Below are positions 10,801 to 18,984 of a stretch of 64,000 bases of DNA, one piece after another. The notes beneath the pieces were generated by a model. The model did not search any database. It was not told the origin of the DNA and saw nothing but the letters and a program-made list of their open reading frames with translations. The stretch lies in contig JAQXEZ010000001.1 in assembly GCA_029250605.1 (NCBI GenBank), forward strand, positions 2,498 to 66,497, given 5' to 3'. The stretch is from Candidatus Thalassarchaeaceae archaeon. GTDB taxonomy: Archaea > Thermoplasmatota > Poseidoniia > Poseidoniales > Thalassarchaeaceae. Each line of letters opens with the position of its first letter. Position 1 is the first letter of the stretch. The position numbers and the translations under genes are program-made.

Positions 10801-11867
10801 GGAGCGACCAGTTCATCCTCTCCGTCCCTAGCCATGAGATCAGGGACCTAGATGGTCCGGAAGACCTCATGGAGTGGTGGGATCAGGCCCTGGGGATGGA
10901 GCACGAGCTGTACGGTTTCCTCCCATGGACGAGGGTCGAGAGGGCAGTCTTCGATGCCCAGATATCCGCTGGCTGGATGCACTCTGGCTACCCCTTCATG
11001 GCTCACGACCTCAGTGTCCCGGCAGTGGTCAACGTCACCTCCATGAGCACCGAGGGCGACTGGGGCATGTTCCACGAGCTGGGGCACAACCACCAGTGGA
11101 TGCCATCTACCCTGCCCGGTACGACCGAAACTGGGTGCAACTTCGCCAGCGTCTACCTGATGGAGGACCTAGTCGGCGTCTCTGGCCACGGGGCCATCTC
11201 CCCGGACCAGCGTGAGTCCAGGACCAGGACCTACTTCGACAACGGGGCGAACATCGCGGACTGGTCAGTGTGGGTCGCTCTGGAGACGTTCCTGATGATC
11301 AAGGATGAGTGGTCATGGGCCGAGATCACATCTGCCCTATCGGTGTACTACGACCTACCAGCAGCGGAAGTGCCTTCGACGGATGACGAGAAATTCAACG
11401 CATGGGTCCTCCATCTGTCTAATTCGACGGGATTCAACCTCGCCCCGTACCACGCTGCCTGGGGGTTCCCACTCGACCAGACCACTTTCGACGCGCTTTC
11501 CCACCTACCCGTTTGGACGGACGACCCCCTCAGAGGCGAGTTCTACGAGTACCCCGCAATCCTGAGGGACCTGTACTCGCCCAGCGTTTCGGAGGCATAC
11601 TCGGTCAACATCTCATGGGGGACCTATGACAATGGGACCAACATCACCCTGACCGTATTCTACGGCACGACCGATGGTGGGACGCAACCCTCGGCATGGT
11701 CTAACAACGTCGAGTTCGGTGAGACTCAAGTTGGAAACGAGTCACTGGAGATCACCGGGCTCTCCTGCTGCGGCACCGAGTACCATGCACGAATCAGGGC
11801 CGCCAATGACGCTGGGGAGACATGGTTCGGCCCGATATCATGGACCACGAACTATCTTCCCGACTGA
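7809..11867 (+). CDS. Secreted lipoprotein-like M60 (enhancin-like) zinc metallopeptidase with Ig-like repeats and an FN3-like C-terminus
   Basis: Start is TTG 7809, with alternatives GTG 7845 or 7854. Signal HRQHVLAVTISLLLLLPGC has a lipobox-like Cys. Five repeats of about 95 aa carry W..P.LP.G(I/L)S....G.ISG.P, resembling the He_PIG / dystroglycan-type Ig-like domain. Zinc site MFHELGHNHQW (HELGH at 11073-11087) matches the M60 HExxH context. The C-terminal module (NISWGT...YHARIRAANDAGE) looks FN3-like. Confidence 0.8.
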   Translation: MRDAQDIQLAPPVRPVHRQHVLAVTISLLLLLPGCASLTESEVEIPVEPDCAMDPTADGCFENTITEEDCSPKQVFTGDMCRTMMRPEMLDFGESEVILEIGEEIQQMTPSFLGDAPSSWAVNPSFPDGISIDPDSGVISGTPAHESSSKSYTIIASNAMGVSSFRLEITVLPPEIISIDLQMETLYCTRGEVCHLETPSFLGGIPENWASDPPLPPGIMLGADGSVSGEPSEIGDSNHTITAYNSAGEASSTLRIITTHASPESIDYGVSHFTFSLGQPISISPSTTGGEITSWQIAPDLTDGLSLSPSGTISGSPDVLQEATGYTITAENSGGATQSTIYIEVIDLPVWDLEYQQVTFDLSLGDDIGSVMPSWGGGTPTIWMAHPPLPTGFSLGQENGVISGVATQLQETSYHTIWANNSAGGDSTQVSFHVISLPPLAVTWPGNEFALASNESASIQPQYSGPSIETWEVDPQLPAGLAISDSGTISGTPDQRTDWSEYTLWANNSGGTTSSSIWIAVHDLAADQSDLLRGMGQTSWGGWPSPVLPIGEWSFPVAFAEGGYTSAIPVISASHVGKGRMLGYGHESWVSGSGGTDETTFSLKAVEWVCGVNAVVGLAYGAGFDGFQDDLESQGHTVRNSVSPDNLSGLDCLLDEFWNGHDDDDNQNIASFLLDGGGVIMGGHAWYWSYSNTDLAHNYPGNKIAKETGLFVSSAWGYNDVDMSEVPHELARPRAAIEAIREDRIEGNALSNAEATIADSTLSLCTSVVSLDFDDFWAPLRDVVNQTGWTVIEYGTLWEDVGYDLGEDPVADTLLRVETALTQGLPADQLPSHPSHQEFPGEVPANASRVARTVSVNGNQSGLPSNFGYSSARAHVRMTTGTYAAPGEVVAVTLPPSIVDSGTYILVGAHSDSLWGKDQLHRHPEIVRWWYVDDTEMEVGNAFGGPIYVAIEPGSTLGLFEVTISNAVVAPTYNHGETDVEDWIQVNRHAPAPWAEIGSDQFILSVPSHEIRDLDGPEDLMEWWDQALGMEHELYGFLPWTRVERAVFDAQISAGWMHSGYPFMAHDLSVPAVVNVTSMSTEGDWGMFHELGHNHQWMPSTLPGTTETGCNFASVYLMEDLVGVSGHGAISPDQRESRTRTYFDNGANIADWSVWVALETFLMIKDEWSWAEITSALSVYYDLPAAEVPSTDDEKFNAWVLHLSNSTGFNLAPYHAAWGFPLDQTTFDALSHLPVWTDDPLRGEFYEYPAILRDLYSPSVSEAYSVNISWGTYDNGTNITLTVFYGTTDGGTQPSAWSNNVEFGETQVGNESLEITGLSCCGTEYHARIRAANDAGETWFGPISWTTNYLPD

Positions 11868-12925
11868 TTCCTCAATAACCCCTCAAGGGACAGTCCGGGG
11901 ACGATCCTCTCATGCAGAACCGCAAGGGGTATCCAGACAAGCGTGTGCAAGATGGTGACCAGGAAAGCCGGGATCAGAGCCAGCCTCGGCTCCCCTTCCA
12001 TCAGAAGAGCCACAGCGCCCAGCACCGCGAAGTGAGACACATAGATTGTCAGGGAAAGCCTCCCTGCGGGTTCCAAAAGAGACAGCTTTTCACCCATAAG
12101 GGGCTCTCCCCCAGATTCCTCTTCCCCCTCTAGCACCCTAAGGGCCAGTGCCACCATAGTTCCCGAGACAACCAGGAAGGGCATGCTAGCAGGGAAGAAA
12201 GTGAGGACAGCATCTCCCGAAGTCAGAGCCCAGTCAACCCCCTCGGCTACGGACAATGCCAATGTCATCGAAGTCGCTAGTATTCCCAACACAACCCCCC
12301 TCTCCCTGGCTCTTGAATCCTCACGTAGGTCGTGAAGAACCGTGCCTAGGAGGATGTAGAAGACCCACGGCAAAACCGGATAGGTCCCGTTCCATAGTAG
12401 CCTGGTCACCCATTCCCTCATGCCACTAGCATCGACCCTTTCGAACCAACTGAGATCGGGACCAGAGTTGGACCCCAGAATCAAGGGTGACACGCAGAAC
12501 AGTAGCATCAACATCGATCTGGTCCCCATGCTAGTCCTCACTAGAGCGGGGCAAATAGCAGCCGAGATGGCAAGTAGGGTGAGAACGCCTGGTGTGTGCC
12601 ACTCGAACCTCCCTCCCCTCTCAACGTTCAGAAGTACGTTTACCAGAATCTGACACATGCATAGGAGGACAAACCTAGGCATTATCCAATTTGCCCATTG
12701 GCTTGCCGTGTGGCCCTCCGATAACCTCCTAGAGGCACTACTGTACATCCCCCATCCGGAAATCGTGACGAACATCGGAGCCGCCATCCCTCCGAAGGCA
12801 GCCGCAACGAATGCTGCAGGGTGGCCCACGGTAATCCCACTGGGGGGGACGATTGCCGCTGTGTGCACCTCGACCATGCAGAGGACTGCGATAGCCCTGA
12901 TTCTGTCTATATGCTTGAGCCTCAT
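11852..12925 (-). CDS. Polytopic membrane acyltransferase-3 / DUF1624 (HGSNAT-like) family protein
   Basis: The N-terminal MRLKHIDRIRAIAVLCMVEVH fits the R..(I/L)D..R(G/A).A...M...H opening of these families, followed by about 10 hydrophobic helices. ATG 12925 is preferred over the track start 12949. Its 3' end overlaps the convergent M60 gene by 16 nt. Confidence 0.6.
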   Translation of the reverse strand: MRLKHIDRIRAIAVLCMVEVHTAAIVPPSGITVGHPAAFVAAAFGGMAAPMFVTISGWGMYSSASRRLSEGHTASQWANWIMPRFVLLCMCQILVNVLLNVERGGRFEWHTPGVLTLLAISAAICPALVRTSMGTRSMLMLLFCVSPLILGSNSGPDLSWFERVDASGMREWVTRLLWNGTYPVLPWVFYILLGTVLHDLREDSRARERGVVLGILATSMTLALSVAEGVDWALTSGDAVLTFFPASMPFLVVSGTMVALALRVLEGEEESGGEPLMGEKLSLLEPAGRLSLTIYVSHFAVLGAVALLMEGEPRLALIPAFLVTILHTLVWIPLAVLHERIVPGLSLEGLLRNQSGR

Positions 12926-12999
12926 GCAGGAACCCCGCAACGGTTGCACCTAGTTGAGCGGTGACAGAATACGATGCTTCTGAAGAAGCACAAATCTAC

Positions 13000-15726
13000 T
13001 CACCCTTCATCTTCGTCTTTTCCGAATCCCAGCATCGACCTAGTGCTAGGATCTGATAGGCCGTATGCCAGGGACGCGATCGAGGTCACGTACATCAGAG
13101 CGACAACCGTGTGTACGGCAGTCAATGCGGTTCCAGCCGTTCCTCCGAAGTTGGTCCAACCCATGGGCCCCAGGTTGTCCGAGACTTGGCCTGTGAAGGT
13201 CTCTGCCCCCTCGTCATCGATCTCACTGAAAACGTGGATCTCGAATACTGGCATCGACTCGGTGCTATCTTCCGAAAGGTCCGGGTCCAAGAAACCGGGC
13301 CCGCGTGTGTCCAAGTAGAAAGTAACCTTGACCTTCCCATACATTATCGCTGTAGTAACGGGTTCGACCTTCAGTTCTATGTCCGCCCCGAGGTACACCG
13401 GTAGTGCACCGGGAATTACATCAACGTAGGTGGAAGAGCCAATCAACTTCCCTTGGATCTGTGTATTGGTGGGCTCGACTGTCACTGTATGCTCTACCAT
13501 GTCGATTCCCTTGTACGTCGTCTTGCTCCCCACCTCTGAGGTCGCAATTGCGTATCCTGCCACATTAAAGCTGAATGGATCGTTCGGACTCGCTAACGAA
13601 CCAGCGGTCCCCATCAACGAAGTATCAGAATTCCCAGCATGGGCGGTCAGGAGCCCGCTTGCCCCCTCTTCCCTGTGTGGAGCCCTCCAAGTCAGGTGCT
13701 CGGTCATTCCGTACACCTGCCCATCTTCGCATGGGAGATCATAGCCAATGAATGCTCCATTGACATCGTAGTCGAAGTCGCAAAGCCCATTCCCGTCAGA
13801 GTTGATGTAGCCCTGGGCCATCCTCTGGCCCAACGTGTCACCTTTTGTGCTCATCTTGAACACTGACCAGTCTCCGGTGCTGATGCCGTCCGATCCGTAA
13901 TAGGTTGCATTCGTCTCTAGACTGTTCCAGGAGAAGAATCCGAAGTACGCGCTAACAGCATCGTCCCAGCCGTATAGCCAGTTGCTGATTGGCATCGAGT
14001 AGTAGGGCGTGTTGCCAGTTACGAAGTTCAGCAGAACCGGCATCACCGTGTCGAAGTAGAAATTGGCGACCCAGTCCCTAAGTGCGTGAGCCGCATCCTC
14101 AGTAATGCCGTACAGGTTAGCGACATAGGCATCGTCCCAGACGTGCTGCACCCCTTCTGCATCAGGAAGGCTCAACCCGGAAAGCTCACCATACATGAAT
14201 GGCCCTGGGAATGATGACTTGAGCCCGATTTCCGGGTCATTTAGGATGAAATCAGATTGCTCCTGAGTCAGTTCCGCCATACCTGCGAAACCGTCTCTAT
14301 TCAGCCCTATTGGAATGTAAATGCCACCCAAGGGATCGTAGTCCCCGAATGCAGTTAGCCACCAATCATTGGAGGCCATGGTCCCCTGTCCACCAGCAAG
14401 AATCAACTCGAACTCAGTGGGAGCACCAGTTAACCCCAAGCCGACCCAAGGCTCCACGTAATCTGCAAGGCCAGCAATCGTGAGTAGGCCAACGTTGTAT
14501 GTCGTCATAGCCCCGAAGTAGTCTGCACTCTGGAGAGGCAGAAGTAATCCAACCACCATTCCCGGCAGGGGGATCCCACTGATTTCGAATGAGGTGAGCA
14601 TCCCAACGCTTTCGTTGAATAGCAGGTTATCTAGTGATGCCGGATCGCTGATGGTGAGTCCGCTAACCTCTGCGAACCTCTCCTTCAGTTGGGGAGTCTG
14701 GTTGTTCACCTCTGCTCCTCCTCCCTTCTCGACGAACTTTGAGGCTGCCAATGAATAAACAGCCCAGTCCATGTGTGTTGCGAAATCTCCAGAGTACCCA
14801 TAGAGGGCGGCTCTGGTCGCTGTGACAGTGTCACTTGGAGCACCCATCCCTGCAATCAGTACCGGTCCAATGTCGCACGTAATGGCAATGCAATTTCCAC
14901 TCCCGTCATTCGCATTGTAGAAAATTGACTTGATAGCTGCCGCATCATAATCCCCAGTTGACATCGAACCATCAAGTCCGCTCTGTGACAGGGAGGCTGC
15001 GTACGAACCTAGCAGTACTTGCTCCTCAACACTCATGTTGCCGAACTTCCCCCCACCAGCGGCGTCCGCCATTGCCCCGATGTCATCGGATGCCCAGATG
15101 CTAGGTGCCCTGTTGGAGAGGTCGAATTCAATCATCTGAGCTGCGAACATGGCCTTAGCGAATATCTCTCCGTACTCGATGCCGCTACCCATTCCCGCTA
15201 TCCTCTGGGTGTTCCAGAGGATGTTGATCTGGTTGACTACGGTGTCACCGGACAACGAATCGTGCTCCACTCCATCGTCATCCGCCCAGGTGCAATCCTC
15301 GCACCACTCGAAGGTCTCGTATCCAGAGTATGTGATCGAACCCTCGTCATAGTCGAATTCGATGACCTCTCGAGTCGTGTTCTCGTAGTAGATGAATGGG
15401 CCTAACATCTCATAGGTGGGCTCAACCGTCGCATCAGCCAGTATTTCCTCCAAATTGGTGATCGAGTTGCCGAAGTACGCCTTCTCGGAAGATGCGTTGA
15501 TCCAGTCGTCATCGAAGTCAGCCGTATAATCCTGGTTTCCATCATCATCCAAGCCGTCGTAGCTTCCTGCAACCGTATCTGCTACGGTTCCTTCGATGAT
15601 GCCGTCTATAGTCCCTGTGACTCCTATTCCGACGTTTACCATCAGTAGCAGTGCCCCAATTATAATTGCAATAGTTCCCTTGTTCTCCATAGTTTCACTC
15701 AGACATCCGAAAAGGGGACTAGGCAT
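13000..15726 (-). CDS. Two-pass membrane protein with a large ectodomain and CD36/LIMP-2 (scavenger receptor class B)-like motifs
   Basis: 908 aa. N-terminal TM GTIAIIIGALLLMVNVGIGV and C-terminal TM ALTAVHTVVALMYVTSIASLAYGL. AYFGNSITNLEEILADATVEPTYEMLGPFIYYE resembles the CD36-family block YFFNVTNPEEIL....E.GPYTY.E. NWLYGWDDAV resembles ELLWGY.DP. An alternative start is ATG 15690. Confidence 0.55.
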   Translation of the reverse strand: MPSPLFGCLSETMENKGTIAIIIGALLLMVNVGIGVTGTIDGIIEGTVADTVAGSYDGLDDDGNQDYTADFDDDWINASSEKAYFGNSITNLEEILADATVEPTYEMLGPFIYYENTTREVIEFDYDEGSITYSGYETFEWCEDCTWADDDGVEHDSLSGDTVVNQINILWNTQRIAGMGSGIEYGEIFAKAMFAAQMIEFDLSNRAPSIWASDDIGAMADAAGGGKFGNMSVEEQVLLGSYAASLSQSGLDGSMSTGDYDAAAIKSIFYNANDGSGNCIAITCDIGPVLIAGMGAPSDTVTATRAALYGYSGDFATHMDWAVYSLAASKFVEKGGGAEVNNQTPQLKERFAEVSGLTISDPASLDNLLFNESVGMLTSFEISGIPLPGMVVGLLLPLQSADYFGAMTTYNVGLLTIAGLADYVEPWVGLGLTGAPTEFELILAGGQGTMASNDWWLTAFGDYDPLGGIYIPIGLNRDGFAGMAELTQEQSDFILNDPEIGLKSSFPGPFMYGELSGLSLPDAEGVQHVWDDAYVANLYGITEDAAHALRDWVANFYFDTVMPVLLNFVTGNTPYYSMPISNWLYGWDDAVSAYFGFFSWNSLETNATYYGSDGISTGDWSVFKMSTKGDTLGQRMAQGYINSDGNGLCDFDYDVNGAFIGYDLPCEDGQVYGMTEHLTWRAPHREEGASGLLTAHAGNSDTSLMGTAGSLASPNDPFSFNVAGYAIATSEVGSKTTYKGIDMVEHTVTVEPTNTQIQGKLIGSSTYVDVIPGALPVYLGADIELKVEPVTTAIMYGKVKVTFYLDTRGPGFLDPDLSEDSTESMPVFEIHVFSEIDDEGAETFTGQVSDNLGPMGWTNFGGTAGTALTAVHTVVALMYVTSIASLAYGLSDPSTRSMLGFGKDEDEG

Positions 15727-15824
15727 AAACCATTACACTAGGTTTAGTCATGGATACCTGATGCCTCTGGGACAACCCGGCGCAAGATAAGGTTCATTTC
15801 GATACTCATGGGCGATGGCTACGG

Positions 15825-15898
15825 GGACCCGTAGCTCAGTTGGTTAGAGCGCTCGGCTCATAACCGAGTGGTCATCGGTTCAAATCCGGTCGGGTCCA
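15825..15898 (+). tRNA. tRNA with anticodon CAT (elongator Met, or Ile2 if C34 is modified)
   Basis: Acceptor GGACCCG/CGGGTCC, D-arm TAGCTCAGTTGGTTAGAGC, anticodon stem CTCGG/CCGAG with loop CTCATAA, T-loop GGTTCAAATCC. CCA is encoded at 15899-15901. Confidence 0.9.
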
Positions 15899-15958
15899 CC
15901 ATAATTGCAACCTGCAATATTGACACATTTAGGGTCCGACTTGGGCGAAGCCTCAAAT

Positions 15959-16918
15959 ATGGTTCGACCAGAGGATTTTGTGATGAGTGCATCGTTTAGA
16001 GTACCGTTGATGATACTGGTTGTCTATTTCATGAGCCTCTGCTCGGGAGTAGCCGCAGTTCAAGCACAGACATCTCCCGATGTCTCGCTCACTTGCGATC
16101 AACCAGCCCCGATCGAGGTTTACCCAGGCGCACTGAGGTCTACGATCATCTACTGCACTCTGACAAACCCTACCACCTTCTCCGAGAAGGTTGACCTGAC
16201 ATACCAACAGGGGATAATTTCGGTAGCCGGGCCTGGTTCTGCTACCGTCCCTCCGGGAGACACCTCCTTCCAGGTCGCTGCTAGGGCAGATTTGAGGCAG
16301 CCAGAAGGGCAACAGGTCGTCACAATCACAGCAACTGTGACCCAATGGAACGGAGCGCCTGTGACTGCAGCAACTTCCCCTACCGAGGCCAAGGTGATGA
16401 CTGTCTTCAAGCAGTTTAGCAGACTGAGGGTCGGTGCAGAGCTGGCCTTCATCCAACTGAGGCCGAAAGTCGACTACACCCTAGTGTTCGATGTATACAA
16501 CGATGGCAATGCAAGGGACAAGTTCAATGTGGAGGTCCAGAACTACGACGAGTTGAACGACGAGGGTTTCCAATTGAGCCTACCTCTGATCTCGCAGGAG
16601 ATTGACTCGCTCGCGCCTCCGGAGAAGTTCAGGGTGCAGATGCGTACTCCGAAGAACCAAGGATGGACTGACAAGTACTTCAATCTGCAATTCAAGGCCA
16701 CCTCTGAGTACTCGGTTAGGTCAGAAGGAATTCCGAATACCCAGATTCAGGTCATGACCATCTACATCAGAGGGGTCTACCTTCCTGGATTCGAACTAGT
16801 GGGAACGACGATGATGGCCGCTCTTGCTGGTGCTGCAATAGGACGGAATCAAGCCAATGACGAACGACTCGTCGATGAAGATGGAAACGTCACCCCCCTA
16901 GATAGTAGGATATTCTAG
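15959..16918 (+). CDS. Secreted Ig-like/CARDB-like protein with a C-terminal TM anchor
   Basis: The track ORF starts at 15905, only 4 nt after the tRNA, so ATG 15959 or 15983 is more plausible. Signal MILVVYFMSLCSGVAAVQA. Two beta-sandwich-like segments (e.g. VFDVYNDGNARDKFNVEVQ...PKNQGW). C-terminal LPGFELVGTTMMAALAGAAIGRNQ plus an acidic tail. Confidence 0.6.
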   Translation: MVRPEDFVMSASFRVPLMILVVYFMSLCSGVAAVQAQTSPDVSLTCDQPAPIEVYPGALRSTIIYCTLTNPTTFSEKVDLTYQQGIISVAGPGSATVPPGDTSFQVAARADLRQPEGQQVVTITATVTQWNGAPVTAATSPTEAKVMTVFKQFSRLRVGAELAFIQLRPKVDYTLVFDVYNDGNARDKFNVEVQNYDELNDEGFQLSLPLISQEIDSLAPPEKFRVQMRTPKNQGWTDKYFNLQFKATSEYSVRSEGIPNTQIQVMTIYIRGVYLPGFELVGTTMMAALAGAAIGRNQANDERLVDEDGNVTPLDSRIF

Positions 16919-16995
16919 AAGCCCCCTTCCAAGAGCCATAAGGCAACGGATTGATAACTACTAGTCCAACGTAGAAAGTTGAGGGGTGTGCGTTT

Positions 16996-18246
16996 TTGAG
17001 TGAAGGTGGTTTACTTGAGAAGGCTGCTGAGCAGAGTCCAAGCCAAACCCCAGTTGCTGTCATGCCTTCCGAGGAGGCTCCAAAAGTAGCAGGACCCGTT
17101 GAAGCGGCAAAGTCAGTGGCATTGTTCGGCTTGCTCCCAATCCTTCTCTTCCGGGCTATCTTAGTCTACTTGCCAGGGGGCATAGATGAACTGGTGCTAC
17201 CGTTCACATCGATTTCTCTGGTGATGGCAATAGTCTTCTTCGCCTCTCTCGCATTTGTCATGTGGAGGCTTGGCTTAGTGACGACTACAGGGCTCGCAGT
17301 TTCTGGCTCTGGATCAGTAGCAGCTTCTATAGTGGTAGTTTCATACCTGCTGATGCTCCTCTTGCCAATGGTGATAGGGGTTTTCTTGGAGGGGGAACTG
17401 TCCGTTGGCCAAATTGAGTATAGTGAGGACGGCGAGTCGATAACAGTCAACATACTACAAACTACCATGTCAGACAGGGAATTGGAAGCAGGACTCGTTG
17501 TTTTGCAGTCAGGATCCCAAGTCTGGAGTTCCACCGCTAATGTGACTATCGACAGCAGCGATGGAGAGAGTGAGATTACAATCCAAGTGAGTGAATTCTA
17601 TTCTTCAAACGCCCTCCCAAACTCCCCTTACACACTCAAGGTGACTATCGATGGAAAGGAGCACACTAGAGATTTGACTTACAGCACTATACAGTGGGAC
17701 TCATCACAATGGACAGGAGCCGACGCACTCACTCGTGACATCACTGGTGTTGATGGTATTGCCCGAGGTGTTGTGAAGGAGGATCCCGACAGATGCAGCG
17801 GAGATGCTCAGAACTGCCTTGTCGGGGTGGTGATGTCAGGTTGGGCGGGACTAGACACTGGGGCGGAATATCCGGCCAGGATGCCATTCGCTGATTTCAC
17901 CGTTGAAGCAGTGCTCATGGAAGGGAACGACGTAGCAATTGCATATCCTACAATTACGGTTGCGAACACAGTCGCCACTTGGGACTCTAATGGCGGTTTG
18001 TTTGGCTCTGGATCTGGATATTGGGGCGACTACGGTTCTGAGTTTGCAATGGGGGGCTCGGTCTTCGATGCAAACTTTGGGAAGTACGTACCGAAGGACG
18101 AGTTCGACTCTGCAGGTGACTATGGCTGCTATTCTTTTATCATCACAGTCAGCCAAGAAGGCTCTAACTCCCTTTCTGATACCTCCTACTACGAGTACAG
18201 CACGAGCAATTCAAACGATATCTGGGCATCAGTCTCAAGCTGTTAG
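16996..18246 (+). CDS. Hypothetical membrane protein with N-terminal TM helices and an extracellular domain of about 280 aa
   Basis: 416-aa ORF with a TTG start. It has 3-4 hydrophobic helices in residues about 40-130, then a Ser/Thr/Gly-rich soluble domain. No recognised motif. Co-directional with the preceding gene. Confidence 0.55.
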   Translation: MSEGGLLEKAAEQSPSQTPVAVMPSEEAPKVAGPVEAAKSVALFGLLPILLFRAILVYLPGGIDELVLPFTSISLVMAIVFFASLAFVMWRLGLVTTTGLAVSGSGSVAASIVVVSYLLMLLLPMVIGVFLEGELSVGQIEYSEDGESITVNILQTTMSDRELEAGLVVLQSGSQVWSSTANVTIDSSDGESEITIQVSEFYSSNALPNSPYTLKVTIDGKEHTRDLTYSTIQWDSSQWTGADALTRDITGVDGIARGVVKEDPDRCSGDAQNCLVGVVMSGWAGLDTGAEYPARMPFADFTVEAVLMEGNDVAIAYPTITVANTVATWDSNGGLFGSGSGYWGDYGSEFAMGGSVFDANFGKYVPKDEFDSAGDYGCYSFIITVSQEGSNSLSDTSYYEYSTSNSNDIWASVSSC

Positions 18247-18984
18247 TCAGTCATTGATGCTCGAGAGGAACTCCCTCATCCTTTCCGTCTTCGGTTCATC
18301 GATTATCGATGAAGGCCCCTCCTCGGCAACAAGACCCTGATCCATGTATATCACTCGGTCAGCTACGTCCCGGGCAAAACCTATCTCGTGGGTAACAACT
18401 ACCATCGTCATGCCTTCTTCCGCCAGCCCTTGGATAGTCTCGAGAACAGAACCTATTAGCTCGGGGTCTAGAGCACTGGTAGGCTCATCGAACAGCATTA
18501 CCTCCGGCTTCATTGCAAGTGCCCTAGCAATAGCAACCCTCTGCTTCTGGCCTCCTGAGAGGTTTCCTGGATAAGCATCGACTCTGTCAAGCATGTCTAC
18601 TCTATCCAGTACCTTTCGTGCCTGTGACTCTGCTTCTTCCTTGCTCATTCCCCTGACGTGAATTAGCCCCAGGGAGACATTGTCAATCACCCTCAAGTGG
18701 GCGAATAGCTCGAACGACTGGAAGACCATACCGATTCTGGAACGCACGTCATTGATGTCTGCTGCAGGGGTGTTTATCCTCTCGTCTTTCAGCTGGACTA
18801 TTCCCTTGGTCGGCTCGATCAGTCTATTGATGCACCTGAGGACTGTCGACTTCCCACTTCCAGACGAACCGATGATCGCCAGTGAATCTCCCTCGGATAC
18901 TTCGAACGAGACACCTCTGACTGCATGGACCCCTCCGACGTAGGTTTTCTCCATGTTCTTGACACTGAGAATTATCTCCGACAT
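18247..18984 (-). CDS. Polar amino-acid ABC transporter ATP-binding protein (GlnQ/HisP/ArtP-like)
   Basis: Walker [13 protein letters not shown] signature [15 protein letters not shown], Walker [13 protein letters not shown]-loop VVVTHE. Its start abuts the permease stop with no gap. Confidence 0.93.
   Translation of the reverse strand: MSEIILSVKNMEKTYVGGVHAVRGVSFEVSEGDSLAIIGSSGSGKSTVLRCINRLIEPTKGIVQLKDERINTPAADINDVRSRIGMVFQSFELFAHLRVIDNVSLGLIHVRGMSKEEAESQARKVLDRVDMLDRVDAYPGNLSGGQKQRVAIARALAMKPEVMLFDEPTSALDPELIGSVLETIQGLAEEGMTMVVVTHEIGFARDVADRVIYMDQGLVAEEGPSSIIDEPKTERMREFLSSIND

Noticed and set aside
16786-16918. Canonical PGF-CTERM / archaeosortase sorting signal on the Ig-like protein
   Set aside because: A PGF tripeptide precedes the TM helix. 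However, the helix is followed by about 25 further, largely acidic residues rather than a short basic terminus, and no archaeosortase gene is in the window.
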